A stretch of DNA of 63,959 nt, counting the filler, from Octopus bimaculoides (lineage: Eukaryota): the NCBI RefSeq assembly GCF_001194135.2. It is 7 parts of 7 records of this genome, joined end to end, with 100 filler letters (N's around TTAATTAATTAA, not from the genome) between each part and the next. Parts side by side here need not be neighbours in the genome. Positions count along the whole stretch, not along the records: positions 1 to 18,425 come from NC_068994.1; 6 more parts are not named here. One strand, written 5' to 3'. A program made the position numbers and the translations under genes. Below are positions 1 to 11,893 of the stretch, piece by piece. Position 1 is the stretch's first letter. Every line of letters begins with the position of its first letter. Below the pieces are notes generated by a model, which saw nothing but the letters and a program-made list of their open reading frames with translations, was not told the origin of the DNA and did not search any database.

Positions 1-300
1 GTGTGTGTGTGTGTGCATGTGTGTGTGTGCGTGCGTGTGTGTACACGTGTGTGTGTGTGTATATATATATATATACATATATATATATGTATATATATAC
101 ATATATATATGTATGTATGTATGTATATATATATGTATACACTCACACGCACACGCCTACACACACACACGCCTACACACACACACGCCTACACACACAC
201 ACGCCTACACACGCACACGCCTACACACACACACGCCTACACACACACACATATATGTATATACACGTCTGTTGTTTGTAGGTATGCCTTTACGTATCTG
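1..300. repeat. Compound (TG)n/(TA)n microsatellite plus imperfect ACACGCCTAC(AC)n minisatellite
   Basis: Directly visible; explains the CV/YI/HT dipeptide ORFs. Confidence 0.95.
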
Positions 301-739
301 CATATAATATATATTTAAAAGCAAGTAAATCATGGGCTGCTCATTTCTATATATTAGATTATATTCCATAGCATGAAGGTAAAACATACAGTTGTATTGA
401 CACATGTGACAGCTGTATTGATACAAAACATTAGCTCTCCGTTGATCATGATGGGCGGCGGCAAAAGCTCTGATACAAAACACTTATAAACATATCTAAA
501 CATATCTTAGTAAAAAGATTCTGGGCTATGTATCAGTCACGTGACTGACACATACTTCAAAATGTCTGCTGTTACATTTCTTTTTCTTTTTTCTTTCTGT
601 TTTTCAGCAGATTATCACTACCTGATTTTGATCAATCCCAAACTTCCTGAAAACTACACATTATATTTGATTCCGAATGAGTTTTAGTCTTTCTTTTAAA
701 AGAATCTTTGAGCCTTTTGTATGAGGCATTGGTGTTAGA

Positions 740-1190
740 AGATGTATGTATGTATGTATGTATGTATGTATGTATGTACGAACGTATGTATATATGTATT
801 TGTATGTATGTATGTACGTATGTATGTATGTATGTATATATGTATGTATGTATGCATGCTATGTATATTTGTATGCATGTATGTATGTATGAATGTATGT
901 ATGTATGCATGTATGCTTGTATGAATGTATGTATGTATGCATGTATGTATGAATGTATGTATGTATGTATGTATGAACGTATGTATGTATGCATGCAAAT
1001 ATGTATGTGTGTATGTTTGTGTGTGTGACTATGTGCGTGCTTGTGTATGTGTGTGTGTGCGTGTGCATATGCGTGCGCGTGCGCGTCTGTAATTATGCAT
1101 GTATGTATGTATATATGTACGTATGTATGTACGTTGTACGTCCGTATGTATATATGCATGCATGTATGTATGTATGTATGTATGTATGTA
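740..1190. repeat. Degenerate (TATG)n microsatellite
   Basis: Directly visible. Confidence 0.95.
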
Positions 1191-2194
1191 TCTTATGATT
1201 CATTCTTTAAGGAAATTCTTTGGATTTTTCTCTTAAAGAAAGATGTAGTTTCTAAGTAAGAAATAGAGTTCCTGCATTGAAATTTAGATGAAGACTTTTG
1301 AAAAAGAAAATATATTGCATATTTTCACTGTTCCGCTTTCAAAATGGAATTTGTTAAACGCATGTTAATAACAATAAACAAATGCAACACGACCTAAAAC
1401 AGCGGACAAAATGCAAAGCCAATGTATTTCCTGCTATGGAGGAAGAGAGCGGAAGATGAATCGACGTTTTGGAGAGATTTCCTTTGTCAATACATATGAC
1501 TGGAGAAGAGAAAGGAAAACAGAAAGAAAAAATAGAAGAAAAGATGGAATATATGTAACAATAATGTGGGTGGCCGATATTAGATTAGAGATTTAGCTGC
1601 GGTTGTGGTGTGTGACAGAAAGACAAACATACATCGCTTGAGATGGTGAATATAAAGTATTATAGATTAGCAATGGGTGAGGTGAAGGTGGGGTCGCAAA
1701 TAGAACTAGTAAATACTGAGGTGCAAAGCATGAAGCTGTGAAAGTTAAGTAGATGTGGGTTACTGCTTTAAAAGTCAAACTCTGGGTCTTACTGTGCGTT
1801 GCAGAAAACTGGAGATCATTTCAAGGAACGAACATGGGTATGCGGGTATTTTGAAAATACCTCACGGAGGGACGGCCATGCCCTGCATAGTTAAGGGCTG
1901 CCCTTTGGCAACGCGTAGCACCCGTTCAGCCACCCTGTCAGGGATACGGTCGAGTAATGGGACTGTAAATTGGCAGATTGTTCAGAGGTAGCAGAAGAGC
2001 TCAACTGAATCAACGGTGATTTTTACATTGATTCTGAGGAGAGAAATCTTAGATCAACGGTCAGGATCATCAAGCACTACTAAGAGAGAATTTACAACGC
2101 ATCCATAGGGGAGGTGTCCATGGTTGTATAATCAATTAATGAAAGACTCACTATGACTCAAGCTCTCAATTCAAATTAATAATAATTGAATTGG

Positions 2195-2360
2195 ATGGCA
2201 ACAGAGAGCCATGGGAATTCGAAAAAGCAGCGGGAAAAAATACGAACATTTCTAAGATATTTGTCGCAAAACACCGGAACATTCAGGTGTGTTCCCACTT
2301 TAATTCTTCAGGCTACTTCCACCTCCATCTCCATCTCCATCTTTTGGGATTATACAACAC
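2195..2360 (+). mobile_element. Possible highly decayed Penelope-like GIY-YIG endonuclease relic
   Basis: Switching frames gives KYEHF*DICRKTPEH..VCSHFNSSGY..LLGL. This resembles the F.EH..DI...PVA.HFNS..H..L.ILGL stretch of Penelope endonucleases; stops and frameshifts present. Confidence 0.35.
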
Positions 2361-3165
2361 TATGGTATTCCCTTTTCTTTGTTTCATCTTGAACAACGAA
2401 TGATTGATGGTCTGCTTAAACATATCTTCCCTTGCCAGTTTAAACAACCAACTCGCTTTCCTCTAAGACATACCCTGTATCATTCTTGTTATTGTTGTGG
2501 CTCAGATCACTTGTAATCCAATAGATCTATGACCAAAATTGTTTGAGTCATAGCCAACACACCTTTTTCTCTTTTCGAGTATATTTTATCTAGGACTATA
2601 TTATCCGATATATAATTCTTTTTGAAGATGGTGATGTGTAATATGAAGGAGATTTGGCTTCTATTTCTATCAGTTTGAGTGTATTCTAGAGGTTTTCTCT
2701 CGACAGTTTCTTGTAACGTGCTGAAATGGTAGCGAACAATACATAAAAATATAGAAATATATATTTTTAAGTGTAGAAAATTACAATCATTTCAAAATAA
2801 AATGCTTTTTTATAAACCAGTTGTATAAATTGATGTAGGCATTGAGTATTTAAGTATTATCCTCTCTTTTTGTCAATTTACCGAGCAAGCTCAGCTACAG
2901 CTAATAACTTTGTGCATATTTTCACCTTCCTTCGGTACCATCAACGAAGTATAACCTCACTGCATATTGCTGACCATGGGAACGAATTAATCGATCAATA
3001 TTTATAAATACCATATTTGCTGGTGTATAAGATACAGTTTTATTTATTTGTAAATGTATAAAAAGAAATTACCATTTGTCAGTGGATGAGAGACCGAGTG
3101 CCATAGGTTGAGGAGCTGGATGGGCATAAATCCGCTAGGCACAATAATTGTTTTTAATAATCCTT

Positions 3166-3368
3166 TCTTCTATAGGCACAAAGTCTGAAATTTTTTCGGG
3201 CGGAGACTAGCCGATTACATCGACCCCAGTACCTGACTGGTACTCATTTTATTGACCCCGAAAGGCAAAGTCGACTTTAGCGAAATCTTAACTCAGAACG
3301 TAAAACCAAAAGAAATGCCGCTAAGCAGTTTATTTGGCGTGCAAACGATTCTCCGAGTTCGCCGCCTT
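3166..3368 (-). mobile_element. tRNA-derived SINE, family 3
   Basis: Minus strand begins AAGGCGGCGAAC..GAATCG with a B-box-like segment; core GGGGTCGATGTAATCG. Homologous to 3391-3602, 42585-42660, 42790-42854 and 58220-58395. Confidence 0.8.
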
Positions 3369-3390
3369 TATGATTATTACTAATAACACT

Positions 3391-3602
3391 TTCTACTAAA
3401 GGAACAAGGCCTGAAAATTGGGGGAAGGGAACTAGTTGATTACATCGACCCCTGTGTTTAACTGGTACTTTATTTATCGATCCCGAAAGGATGAAATGCA
3501 AAGTCGACTTCGATGGAACTTGAACTCAGAACGTAGCGACGGGTGAAATACCGCTAAGCATTTCGTCCAGCGTGCTGACGATTCTGCCAGCACGCCGCCT
3601 TT
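3391..3602 (-). mobile_element. tRNA-derived SINE, family 3 (second adjacent copy)
   Basis: Head GGCGGCGTGCTGGCAGAATCG..TTCTGAGTTCAAGTTCC on the minus strand. Confidence 0.85.
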
Positions 3603-4027
3603 GTAATTGTTGCTAATAATAAATAACTGAAAAATAAGCCAAATTATCAGAAACTGCAAGTAAAAGCTTAGGAAATATAGTTTAAGTATGTCGGCTGTTA
3701 TGTGCGGACGTCACGTCATCTCTTTATACTTCTTTTCTCAGGATACGGCGCTGTGATGTAAAAAACATTAGTTTTGCATCGTGTATGGCACTTCTCTTGA
3801 CCAAAATACGAACAACTACCCAGTTGAACAGAAAGACGATCATGTTGAGATACGGTCGTCCCATAATGTAGTCTATTTATGATAACTTTAACGCCTTAAA
3901 CTTTATTCCAATAAGCTGTCATAATACTGTATTTACACGCACGGAATCACAGATTTCTGCCCCAACATACGAAATTACTTTCAAATATTATTCGATAAAT
4001 ATATAATATAACACACTTCATTTTTTT

Positions 4028-4193
4028 TTTCTTTCACAGGCTGGGTGAAGAATTTTGCTCCTCAAACACATGGTTCCGGGTTCAGTCCAGCTATGCGGCA
4101 ACTTGGACAAGTGTCTTCTATCTAGCCTCGGGCCGACCAAAACCTTGTGAGTCGATTTGGTAGACGGAAACTGAAAGAATCCCGCCGTATATT
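4028..4193 (+). mobile_element. tRNA-derived SINE, family 2 (5' half)
   Basis: CATGGTTCCGGGTTCAGTCC..GGACAAGTGTCTTCTA..GGTAGACGGAAACTGAAAG; many homologues in the window. Confidence 0.85.
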
Positions 4194-4197
4194 TATA

Positions 4198-4393
4198 TGA
4201 GGTGTAGTCAAAAAGTATCCGACCTTGATGTCTTTCGCACAAAATAATAATGCGTGAGCAAAATCTGCATGGGTATTTGGTGGCAGCGTCCTTCCTGAGC
4301 ATGCGCAAAAATTTTCTGTTTGCATTAAGATGACCGAGCGCATTGAGCAAAGATACTGTATCAAATTCTGCTAAAAACTCGGTGATACGTAAG
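4198..4393 (+). mobile_element. Mariner 5' remnant (TIR plus transposase N-terminus)
   Basis: TA then TGAGGTGTAGTCAAAAAGTATCCGAC; translates MTERIEQRYCIKFC*KLGDT. Homologous to 38341-38726. Confidence 0.85.
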
Positions 4394-4436
4394 CCCATAT
4401 ATGTGTGTGTATGTGTGTGTGTTTGTCCCGATTCTA

Positions 4437-4498
4437 GGACAGTTGCGTACTGGACATTTGCGTCCCTGGACATTTGCATCTCGAGACAAATGAATCCC
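4437..4498. repeat. Probable MULE terminal region with tandem GGAC-ATTTGC-GTCC-type units
   Basis: Three 15-16 bp units (ggacagttgcgtact / ggacatttgcgtccct / ggacatttgcatctc) about 350 bp 3' of the MULE transposase. Confidence 0.5.
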
Positions 4499-4799
4499 TA
4501 GATAGTTGTGTACCTGTATTATTTTGAAATTTTATGTATCTTTTCAGGTGTATTTTTTGTTTATTTGAAAGCTAGTTGTAAATAAACACATTTAATAACT
4601 CTAAATAAGAGAATAGGTAATAATAAATATCTAAAAAAGGAATAAAGAAATAAGAGTTTAAAATTTATGAAGCAGATCAACAATATTAAAGAAATATTTC
4701 AAGATCTAAAAATTATTGTAGCTTCACAAATAAATCAAAAGGTGTGAATGTTGTGAGTTATTCGTTTCAGGAGAAATTTATCTTATTTTCCTCTTTGAA

Positions 4800-5720
4800 A
4801 GTCCCTTTTTTTTCATTAAGGCAATAACCTCCTCCTATTTCAGTGTCTAAATCAATTTCCAAATAGAGGGGTGTTGATACGATAAGGAATATTGCAAAGT
4901 ATAGTGCAATCCCTCTAGGCTGTTATTAGATCTAGGCAACTGATTTATAACCCTTTTTCGAACATTCCAAGACGTGATAGCAAAAATTGGTTCCATTCTT
5001 ATCCTTCTCCGGCCTCTTGTTTGCCCAACGTGTGTCATTTCAAAATAGGCGGTAAATTCTGGAGGCAAATTACAGTCATCGGACAAGTCAATAAAACCGT
5101 TGACAACGTCAATTAAAGGACGAAATGATAATGCGGAATAACATTTAACTTTTAAATTGAATACTTCATCTTCTCTCAACCGTTGACTTAATCCTAGGCC
5201 ACAGATTTTGTTAAAAATAGACTTAGAGAAATGAAAGCGACATGGACTTATTGTTACTTCTGGAAACATTTCTACAAAGCCTTTTTGAGCTCCGATTTCA
5301 AAGTCTGGCAACAAAGATTTTGGATGAAGTTGCGGTTTGAGTTGCAACAAATATGTGAATAGACGAAAATGTTTTCTTTGTTTTACGCGGAAGAATGGCA
5401 AAAACTCTAGGAATACTAAATGTACCTTCTTGGATATGGATACAATATAGCTAATAATATATTGATGGACTGACTTTAAAGGTACCATCTGCTGCCCAGT
5501 TAGGAAAATTTATCAAATCTTTAAAGCCATCTTCCGTCGCAAATATTAGTATTCTATTCTTGTCATCGTCGCCAGAATCAAATGCAAGGAACTTCTCTCC
5601 AGTTGCAAGAAAACAGCAGGACTCTGGTATCTCGAAATTATTCCTTTGTCGAGGAATTAGTAGTGTGTTTTGTGCTTTTGGATTATTTTGTTCAGTAACC
5701 CGGTATTATTGCCTTAAATA
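4800..5720 (-). mobile_element. MULE (Mutator-like) transposase pseudogene
   Basis: Upstream frame gives FLAFDSGDDDKNRILIFATE..WAADGTFKVSPSIYY*LYCIH..PRVFAILPRKT. After a frameshift, ORF 4847-5488 gives DFE..F.EMFP..CRFH..RSNNSLEGLH..HPSIWKLI. These are standard MULE DDE-domain motifs. Confidence 0.93.
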
Positions 5721-5886
5721 ATCAAATACCAGAGCTTCACTTATCGACTGATCTCCCTCCTGTTCAGTTTTCGGTAGTTCCAATATCATTCAAGAGCTAT
5801 GTGATTCGAAGAGCTTTATTTATATTTTAAGTTCTGTTAAGGTTTTTCTTTTTATTGTTGTTGTTCTTACTCTTATATTTATCTTT

Positions 5887-6262
5887 TCTTTTACTTGTTT
5901 CAGTCATTAGACTGCAACCATGCTGGGGCACCGCCTTGAAGAGTATAGTCGTAAAAAATCGACCCTAATATTTATTTTTAAAAGTCTAGTTCTTACTCTA
6001 TCTCTTCTCTTTAGCTGAACCGCCATGTTATGGAGACGTTAACTATTCAACACCAGTTGCCAAGTAATGGTGACAGTGGACAAAAGCAAATACAAAGAAA
6101 CACACATCCACACATATATGATGGGCTTCTACACAGTTTCCGTCAACCAAATTCACTCGCCTCGGGCTGTAGTAGAAAACACTTGGCCAAAGTGCCGCGC
6201 AGTGGAACTAAACCTGAAAACCTGTGGTTGCTGAGTGAGTTTCTTAACCACACAGTTATGCC
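5887..6262 (-). mobile_element. Near full-length family 2 SINE
   Basis: Head at about 6262, short internal TA/TG tract near 6110, 3' module ending GGTGCCCCAGCATGG..GACTGAAACAAGTAAAAGA. Confidence 0.85.
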
Positions 6263-6551
6263 AATGATTTTCGGGTGATTAGGTAGCTATTTCTAGCACG
6301 TAACAGCTACTTCGTCGATTCATTGCTAGCAATATTATTTTTAACCCCAGACGTATGATCAAAAGGGTTCAAGGTGTGATCATCCCAGCTTTGTTCAAAG
6401 TCTATTGCATCTCAGACTGTAGTACACAAGGTAACCTTCCCCGGTTTTAAGACGGTAATTTGAAGACAGAATTTAGTTGTTATTTCTAGCAAACTCGCAG
6501 TGTCTTCTTCGTTGAATCGCTGTTTCGGATATTACTTTTGCTATTATAACT

Positions 6552-6599
<48 letters not shown>
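6552..6599. repeat. (TAG)n microsatellite
   Basis: Perfect array. Confidence 0.95.
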
Positions 6600-6669
6600 T
6601 CTGTAAGTGGAAATAATGTTGTTTTTGTAACTATAGTTTCAGACTGCTGCTTCTGTTGTTGTTGTTGTT

Positions 6670-6830
6670 ATTTAAATCCCAGGTCATCATCGTTCAAGCA
6701 GACCTCTGATCAAAGGCATTCCAACCACGATCACCCTGTTCTGGTTCAATCTGTCCTTTTTTGAAGATGATATGAATTGACTGGAGAGAAATTTGGTTAC
6801 TGTTTCTAGTAAGTCGAATGACCACATAGA
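6670..6830. mobile_element. Interspersed non-coding repeat (GACCTCTGATCAAAGGCATTCC..ATTTGG..TTTCTAG family)
   Basis: Similar segments near 2520-2700, 6345-6500, 8370-8435 and, inverted, 14405-14450. Class not determined. Confidence 0.55.
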
Positions 6831-7899
6831 ACCTTCTTTTTTTTTTTGGTTCAGCTCTTGTTGTTAGTGTTGGATTTTAGCCTTAGGTCAGTCGTTATTG
6901 CCAAAATCATTGCAAACGTGATAAATCTGTCTGTATAGGGTTATCTGGGAGTACATTACTTAATGTTTCCTTCCAATCTTAAAAATTGTTGGATGTAATA
7001 TGAAGGCAATGTGGCTGCTGTTTCTTTCTCGGTCACGCAACGCTCCCGTTGCCCGAAGTGTGAATATTATTGCTGTTGTTGTTGAAGTTGATGCTGATGC
7101 TGATGATGTTGATGTTGATAACATTGATGGTATTGATGGTGATGTTGATAATGCTAGTGATGTTTTTTATGATGTTGTTGATGTGGTTGTTGATGTTGCT
7201 ATTGGTGTTGTTTTTGATTTTGTCATTTTAGAAATCCTCGCTCGCTGTTTGTGCTTTTGACATTTTTCAAATCAACTGGGAGAAACAATGTACGGGTGTT
7301 TATATGCGTGTATATATGCGTGTATATATATATATATATATATATATATNNNNNNNNNNNNNNNNNNNNNNNNNNNNNNNNNNNNNNNNNNNNNNNNNNN
7401 NNNNNNNNNNNNNNNNNNNNNNNNNNNNNNNNNNNNNNNNNNNNNNNNNNNNNNNNNNNNNNNNNNNNNNNNNNNNNNNNNNNNNNNNNNNNNNNNNNNN
7501 NNNNNNNNNNNNNNNNNNNNNNNNNNNNNNNNNNNNNNNNNNNNNNNNNNNNNNNNNNNNNNNNNNNNNNNNNNNNNNNNNNNNNNNNNNNNNNNNNNNN
7601 NNNNNNNNNNNNNNNNNNNNNNNNNNNNNNNNNNNNNNNNNNNNNNNNNNNNNNNNNNNNNNNNNNNNNNNNNNNNNNNNNNNNNNNNNNNNNNNNNNNN
7701 NNNNNNNNNNNNNNNNNNNNNNNNNNNNNNNNNNNNNNNNNNNNNNNNNNNNNNNNNNNNNNNNNNNNNNNAATGAGGTGTATTGATGGCAGATTGATGA
7801 AGAGAGGAAGTGCGAGAGGGTGTAGGTGAGAGGCGATTATGGAAATGTTTTAATTAATGACTGTTTGTAAGGCGGAGTAGGGGAAACCATGGAGAGCTG

Positions 7900-8350
7900 G
7901 TGGCGGATGTAGTTGCTATTGTAGTTCCAGTATTGGTGGTGGTTGTTGTGATTGTTGAGGTTGCAGTTGAGAGTAGTGACTGTGATGGGAATGGATGCGG
8001 TGGCGGTGATAGTGGTGGTGATAATTGTGGTGGTGATGATTGTTGCGGTGGTGGTTGTGGTGGTTTTGGTAGTGGTGATGGTGGTAGTTATCGTGGTGAT
8101 GGCAGTGGTGGTGGTAGTGGTTGTGGTAGAAATGTTGATAGTGATGGTTATGGTAGCGGTGCTGGTAGTGGTACTAGTGGTGATCGTGGTTGTGACGGTC
8201 ATGGTGGTGGTGGTGGTGGTAGTTGTGGCGGTTGTGGTCGACGTAGTGATTACAGTCGTGGTGGTCATGGTGCTTGTGATCATTGTCGTTTTAGTGCTTA
8301 CTATGTTTTATCAGCTACAATATGATATGGGTGGCGGCGGTGGTGCAACT
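7900..8350. repeat. Degenerate (GGT)n low-complexity tract
   Basis: Gives Gly-, Val- and Thr-rich ORFs in three frames. Confidence 0.85.
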
Positions 8351-8548
8351 GCAGTAATTACCGTTGTTTAACCCCAGGTCAACACTGATGACGAAGCAAT
8401 ACGATCAAAGGTGTTCCAGACATGACCATTCAGTCTTGTCGTCTTCCTTTATTGTTGTTTAGTCCCACATTGTTTTTCGATTGTTCTATAGGAAGAAATC
8501 ATGGACGCTCGGTTCTTGGAAATTCCAAAGAAAAAATCTGGATATATA

Positions 8549-8694
8549 GGCACAGGCGTGGCTGTGTGGTAAAAAGCTTGCTTTTTAGTCATATGGTTTC
8601 GGGTTCAGTCCCACTGCGTGACCCTTGGGCATATGTCTCTACCATAGCCGGGCCAATTAAAGCCTGGCGAGTGGATTTGGTAGACAGAAATTGA
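8549..8694 (+). mobile_element. Family 2 SINE 5' half (3' module at about 9104-9245)
   Basis: GGCACAGGCGTGGCTGTGTGGTAAAAAGCTTGC..GGGTTCAGTCCCACTGCG. Confidence 0.85.
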
Positions 8695-8719
8695 CTGTCG
8701 TTCAATGATCGAAATGAAG

Positions 8720-8862
8720 AGTAGATAGACAGCCGACAACTGATGAAGGGTCGCTCTTTGTGTTACTTGTCCTATTTTCCATTTTTTCTCTCGTTGTTTG
8801 CTTATTCAACTCATTTGTTTTCGTATTTCTTGTTGTTTACTATCTGCGACGATTTGTGCCCA
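8720..8862 (+). mobile_element. Non-coding repeat, probably Penelope-associated
   Basis: CAGCCGACAACTGATGAAGGGTCG..TTGTTGTTTAC..TGTGCCCA matches 39105-39270 on the minus strand. The Penelope link is inferred from the neighbouring 38905-39000 motif. Confidence 0.55.
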
Positions 8863-9036
8863 TATATATATNNNNNNNNNNNNNNNNNNNNNNNNNNNNN
8901 NNNNNNNNNNNNNNNNNNNNNNNNNNNNNNNNNNNNNNNNNNNNNNNNNNNNNNNNNNNNNNNNNNNNNNNNNNNNNNNNNNNNNNNNNNNNNNNNNNNN
9001 NNNATGTATGTATATATATATGCACATATATATATA

Positions 9037-9067
<31 letters not shown>

Positions 9068-9828
9068 ATGTATGTATGTATGTATGCTTGTATGTATGTG
9101 TCGACGTAACTTAGCAGTTAGGCAAAAGTCTGATACAATAAGTATCACTTCTTTTAAAAAAAGTACTGGAGTCGATTCATTCAACGAAAAACTGAAGGCG
9201 GTGCCCCAGCATGGTCACAGTCTAGTGACTGAAACAAGTAAAATATAAGCAATAAAAGATATGCCGGCGAGCTATGACAACTGCTTTTTTAGTTGGAGGG
9301 CAGATTGCAAATTAATACGATGCTGGTTTTGTTTTAATCATGAGCGTTGAGTCACACATAAACACACATACGCACGCTGATAAAGGGCAATAGCCCAGAA
9401 ACTAGTCTACAGGTGTTGTTTTGCATTAAGTGGGAGTGCTGAACTTCCTGTTCGAAAATAAAAGGACACAGATATTGTGCTGTATAGCCAGCTAGAACGA
9501 TGTTTCTTGGGGCTAAAACAAAAGCAAAGGTTATCTGCCACGTTACGTTGGCAAATAACCTTTACTTTGGAAATAATATTGTTATATTGTTATGGAGTCA
9601 AACTAGGTAGAAGAGACCGTCTGGATTACAATTAGTTTATAGCAGTGAGCGTCAGGAACAAGATTTGCTTAATGGGTGCCCAACATCGCACATAAAACCT
9701 GGATTTATTTATTGAGATGGTTTATTTAGGGTGTTTATAAACTCTCGTACACATAAAAAAAAAACAGACACACGCACATACATTCATGCATAGACAGAAA
9801 TTAATACCAGAAATTAAAGAAACAATGC

Positions 9829-9872
<44 letters not shown>

Positions 9873-9907
9873 ATCTACATCTATCTGTCTGTACTTACGT
9901 ACAAAGA

Positions 9908-9963
9908 TCATCATGATGATTATGACGATGATAATGATGATGATGATAATGATGATGATGATG

Positions 9964-10018
<55 letters not shown>

Positions 10019-10047
10019 TAATAATAATAATAACAACAATAACAATA
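9908..10047. repeat. (GAT)n-(AAT)n compound microsatellite
   Basis: Directly visible. Confidence 0.95.
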
Positions 10048-10199
10048 CATGAGCGCGCATGAACACATGGAAAGAATAATGATATGCACATTGATATATA
10101 GTAATGATTGAAAACTGTTGAAACGCAAACACAAATGTATACGTGTACACACATCCCTTCTGCCACATACACACACATCTGTGTATATATCTATATAAA

Positions 10200-10297
10200 T
10201 CTCTCTCTCACTTCCCTCTCTCTCTCTCACTTCCCTCTCTCTCTCTCACTTCCCTCTCTCTCTCTCACTTCCCTCTCTCTCTCTCACTTCCCTCTCT
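10200..10297. repeat. 20-bp tandem repeat CTCTCTCTCACTTCCCTCT(C) running into a gap
   Basis: About five units visible. Confidence 0.9.
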
Positions 10298-11216
10298 NNN
10301 NNNNNNNNNNNNNNNNNNNNNNNNNNNNNNNNNNNNNNNNNNNNNNNNNNNNNNNNNNNNNNNNNNNNNNNNNNNNNNNNNNNNNNNNNNNNNNNNNNNN
10401 NNNNNNNNNNNNNNNNNNNNNNNNNNNNNNNNNNNNNNNNNNNNNNNNNNNNNNNNNNNNNNNNNNNNNNNNNNNNNNNNNNNNNNNNNNNNNNNNNNNN
10501 NNNNNNNNNNNNNNNNNNNNNNNNNNNNNNNNNNNNNNNNNNNNNNNNNNNNNNNNNNNNNNNNNNNNNNNNNNNNNNNNNNNNNNNNNNNNNNNNNNNN
10601 NNNNNNNNNNNNNNNNNNNNNNNNNNNNNNNNNNNNNNNNNNNNNNNNNNNNNNNNNNNNNNNNNNNNNNNNNNNNNNNNNNNNNNNNNNNNNNNNNNNN
10701 NNNNNNNNNNNNNNNNNNNNNNNNNNNNNNNNNNNNNNNNNNNNNNNNNNNNNNNNNNNATATATATATATATATATATATATATAAGCACACATATATA
10801 CATGCACAAAATAACACATGCACACATTCATATATATGCACTTTTCAGGAAAAAAATAAGGAATAATATCCCCACCACCTTGTCCCAAATCTTTTAATGG
10901 ATATTTTTGGAATTTAATAGAGATTTTTTTAATTGTTTTTGTCATTATTTGTTGTCTTTCACTCCTGAGTAAATCTGATAATGGGATTTATCGTAATAGC
11001 ATATAGCTAAAATATTAAAGAAAGATAATATAGAAAAGATTATGGAAAATTATAAAAATAAAAACTATATTTTTTTATATAAATAGAATTATGAAAAATA
11101 TAAATAGCAACGTGCTTTGTTTTTTTTTTTTAAGAGCAATAAAAAAGCATAAAGAAGCGCAGAAATGCTATAAATGAAAAAAATAACACCCCTCCCTACA
11201 CACGCATATATAATCA

Positions 11217-11251
<35 letters not shown>

Positions 11252-11664
11252 GTGAGTGTGTGTGCGTTTATGTAGTATATGTTAAATATATTGATAAAAA
11301 TAAACAAAAAGATTCGATGATTATGACAAAACAGCGAAAGACAAAAGACAGCAGTGTCCTGTATAATAACAAGAAGAAATAAAAGCAACAACAACAACAA
11401 TAATAGTAGTGATAATAACAACAACAACAACAATAACAATCATGATAATAATAATAACAATAATAACAATAATAACAACAATAATGATAATAATGGTGGT
11501 TTCTTTCTTTGTTTTTGAGAATAATAGTGATAAAAATAATCTTATTGATAATAAATAAAACAACGTAATAATAGCATTAATATGAACAGTATTATTAATA
11601 GTAATAATGTTTTCATTTTTTTAAAGTTTACAATACCCCATTCCACCATTTTTTTGTACAATGA

Positions 11665-11665
11665 A

Positions 11666-11733
<68 letters not shown>

Positions 11734-11752
11734 CAACAACAACAACAACAAC

Positions 11753-11802
<50 letters not shown>

Positions 11803-11813
11803 TAATAATAATG

Positions 11814-11893
<80 letters not shown>
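11665..11893. repeat. (AAT)n/(AAC)n microsatellite
   Basis: Explains the poly-N/I/L ORFs. Confidence 0.95.

Noticed and set aside
632-1259. HTYI/MYVC and other dipeptide-repeat ORFs throughout the window
   Set aside because: Translations of microsatellites.
7900-8371. Gly/Cys-rich ORF resembling loricrin or keratin-associated proteins
   Set aside because: Degenerate (GGT)n, open in several frames on both strands, with no splice or composition support.
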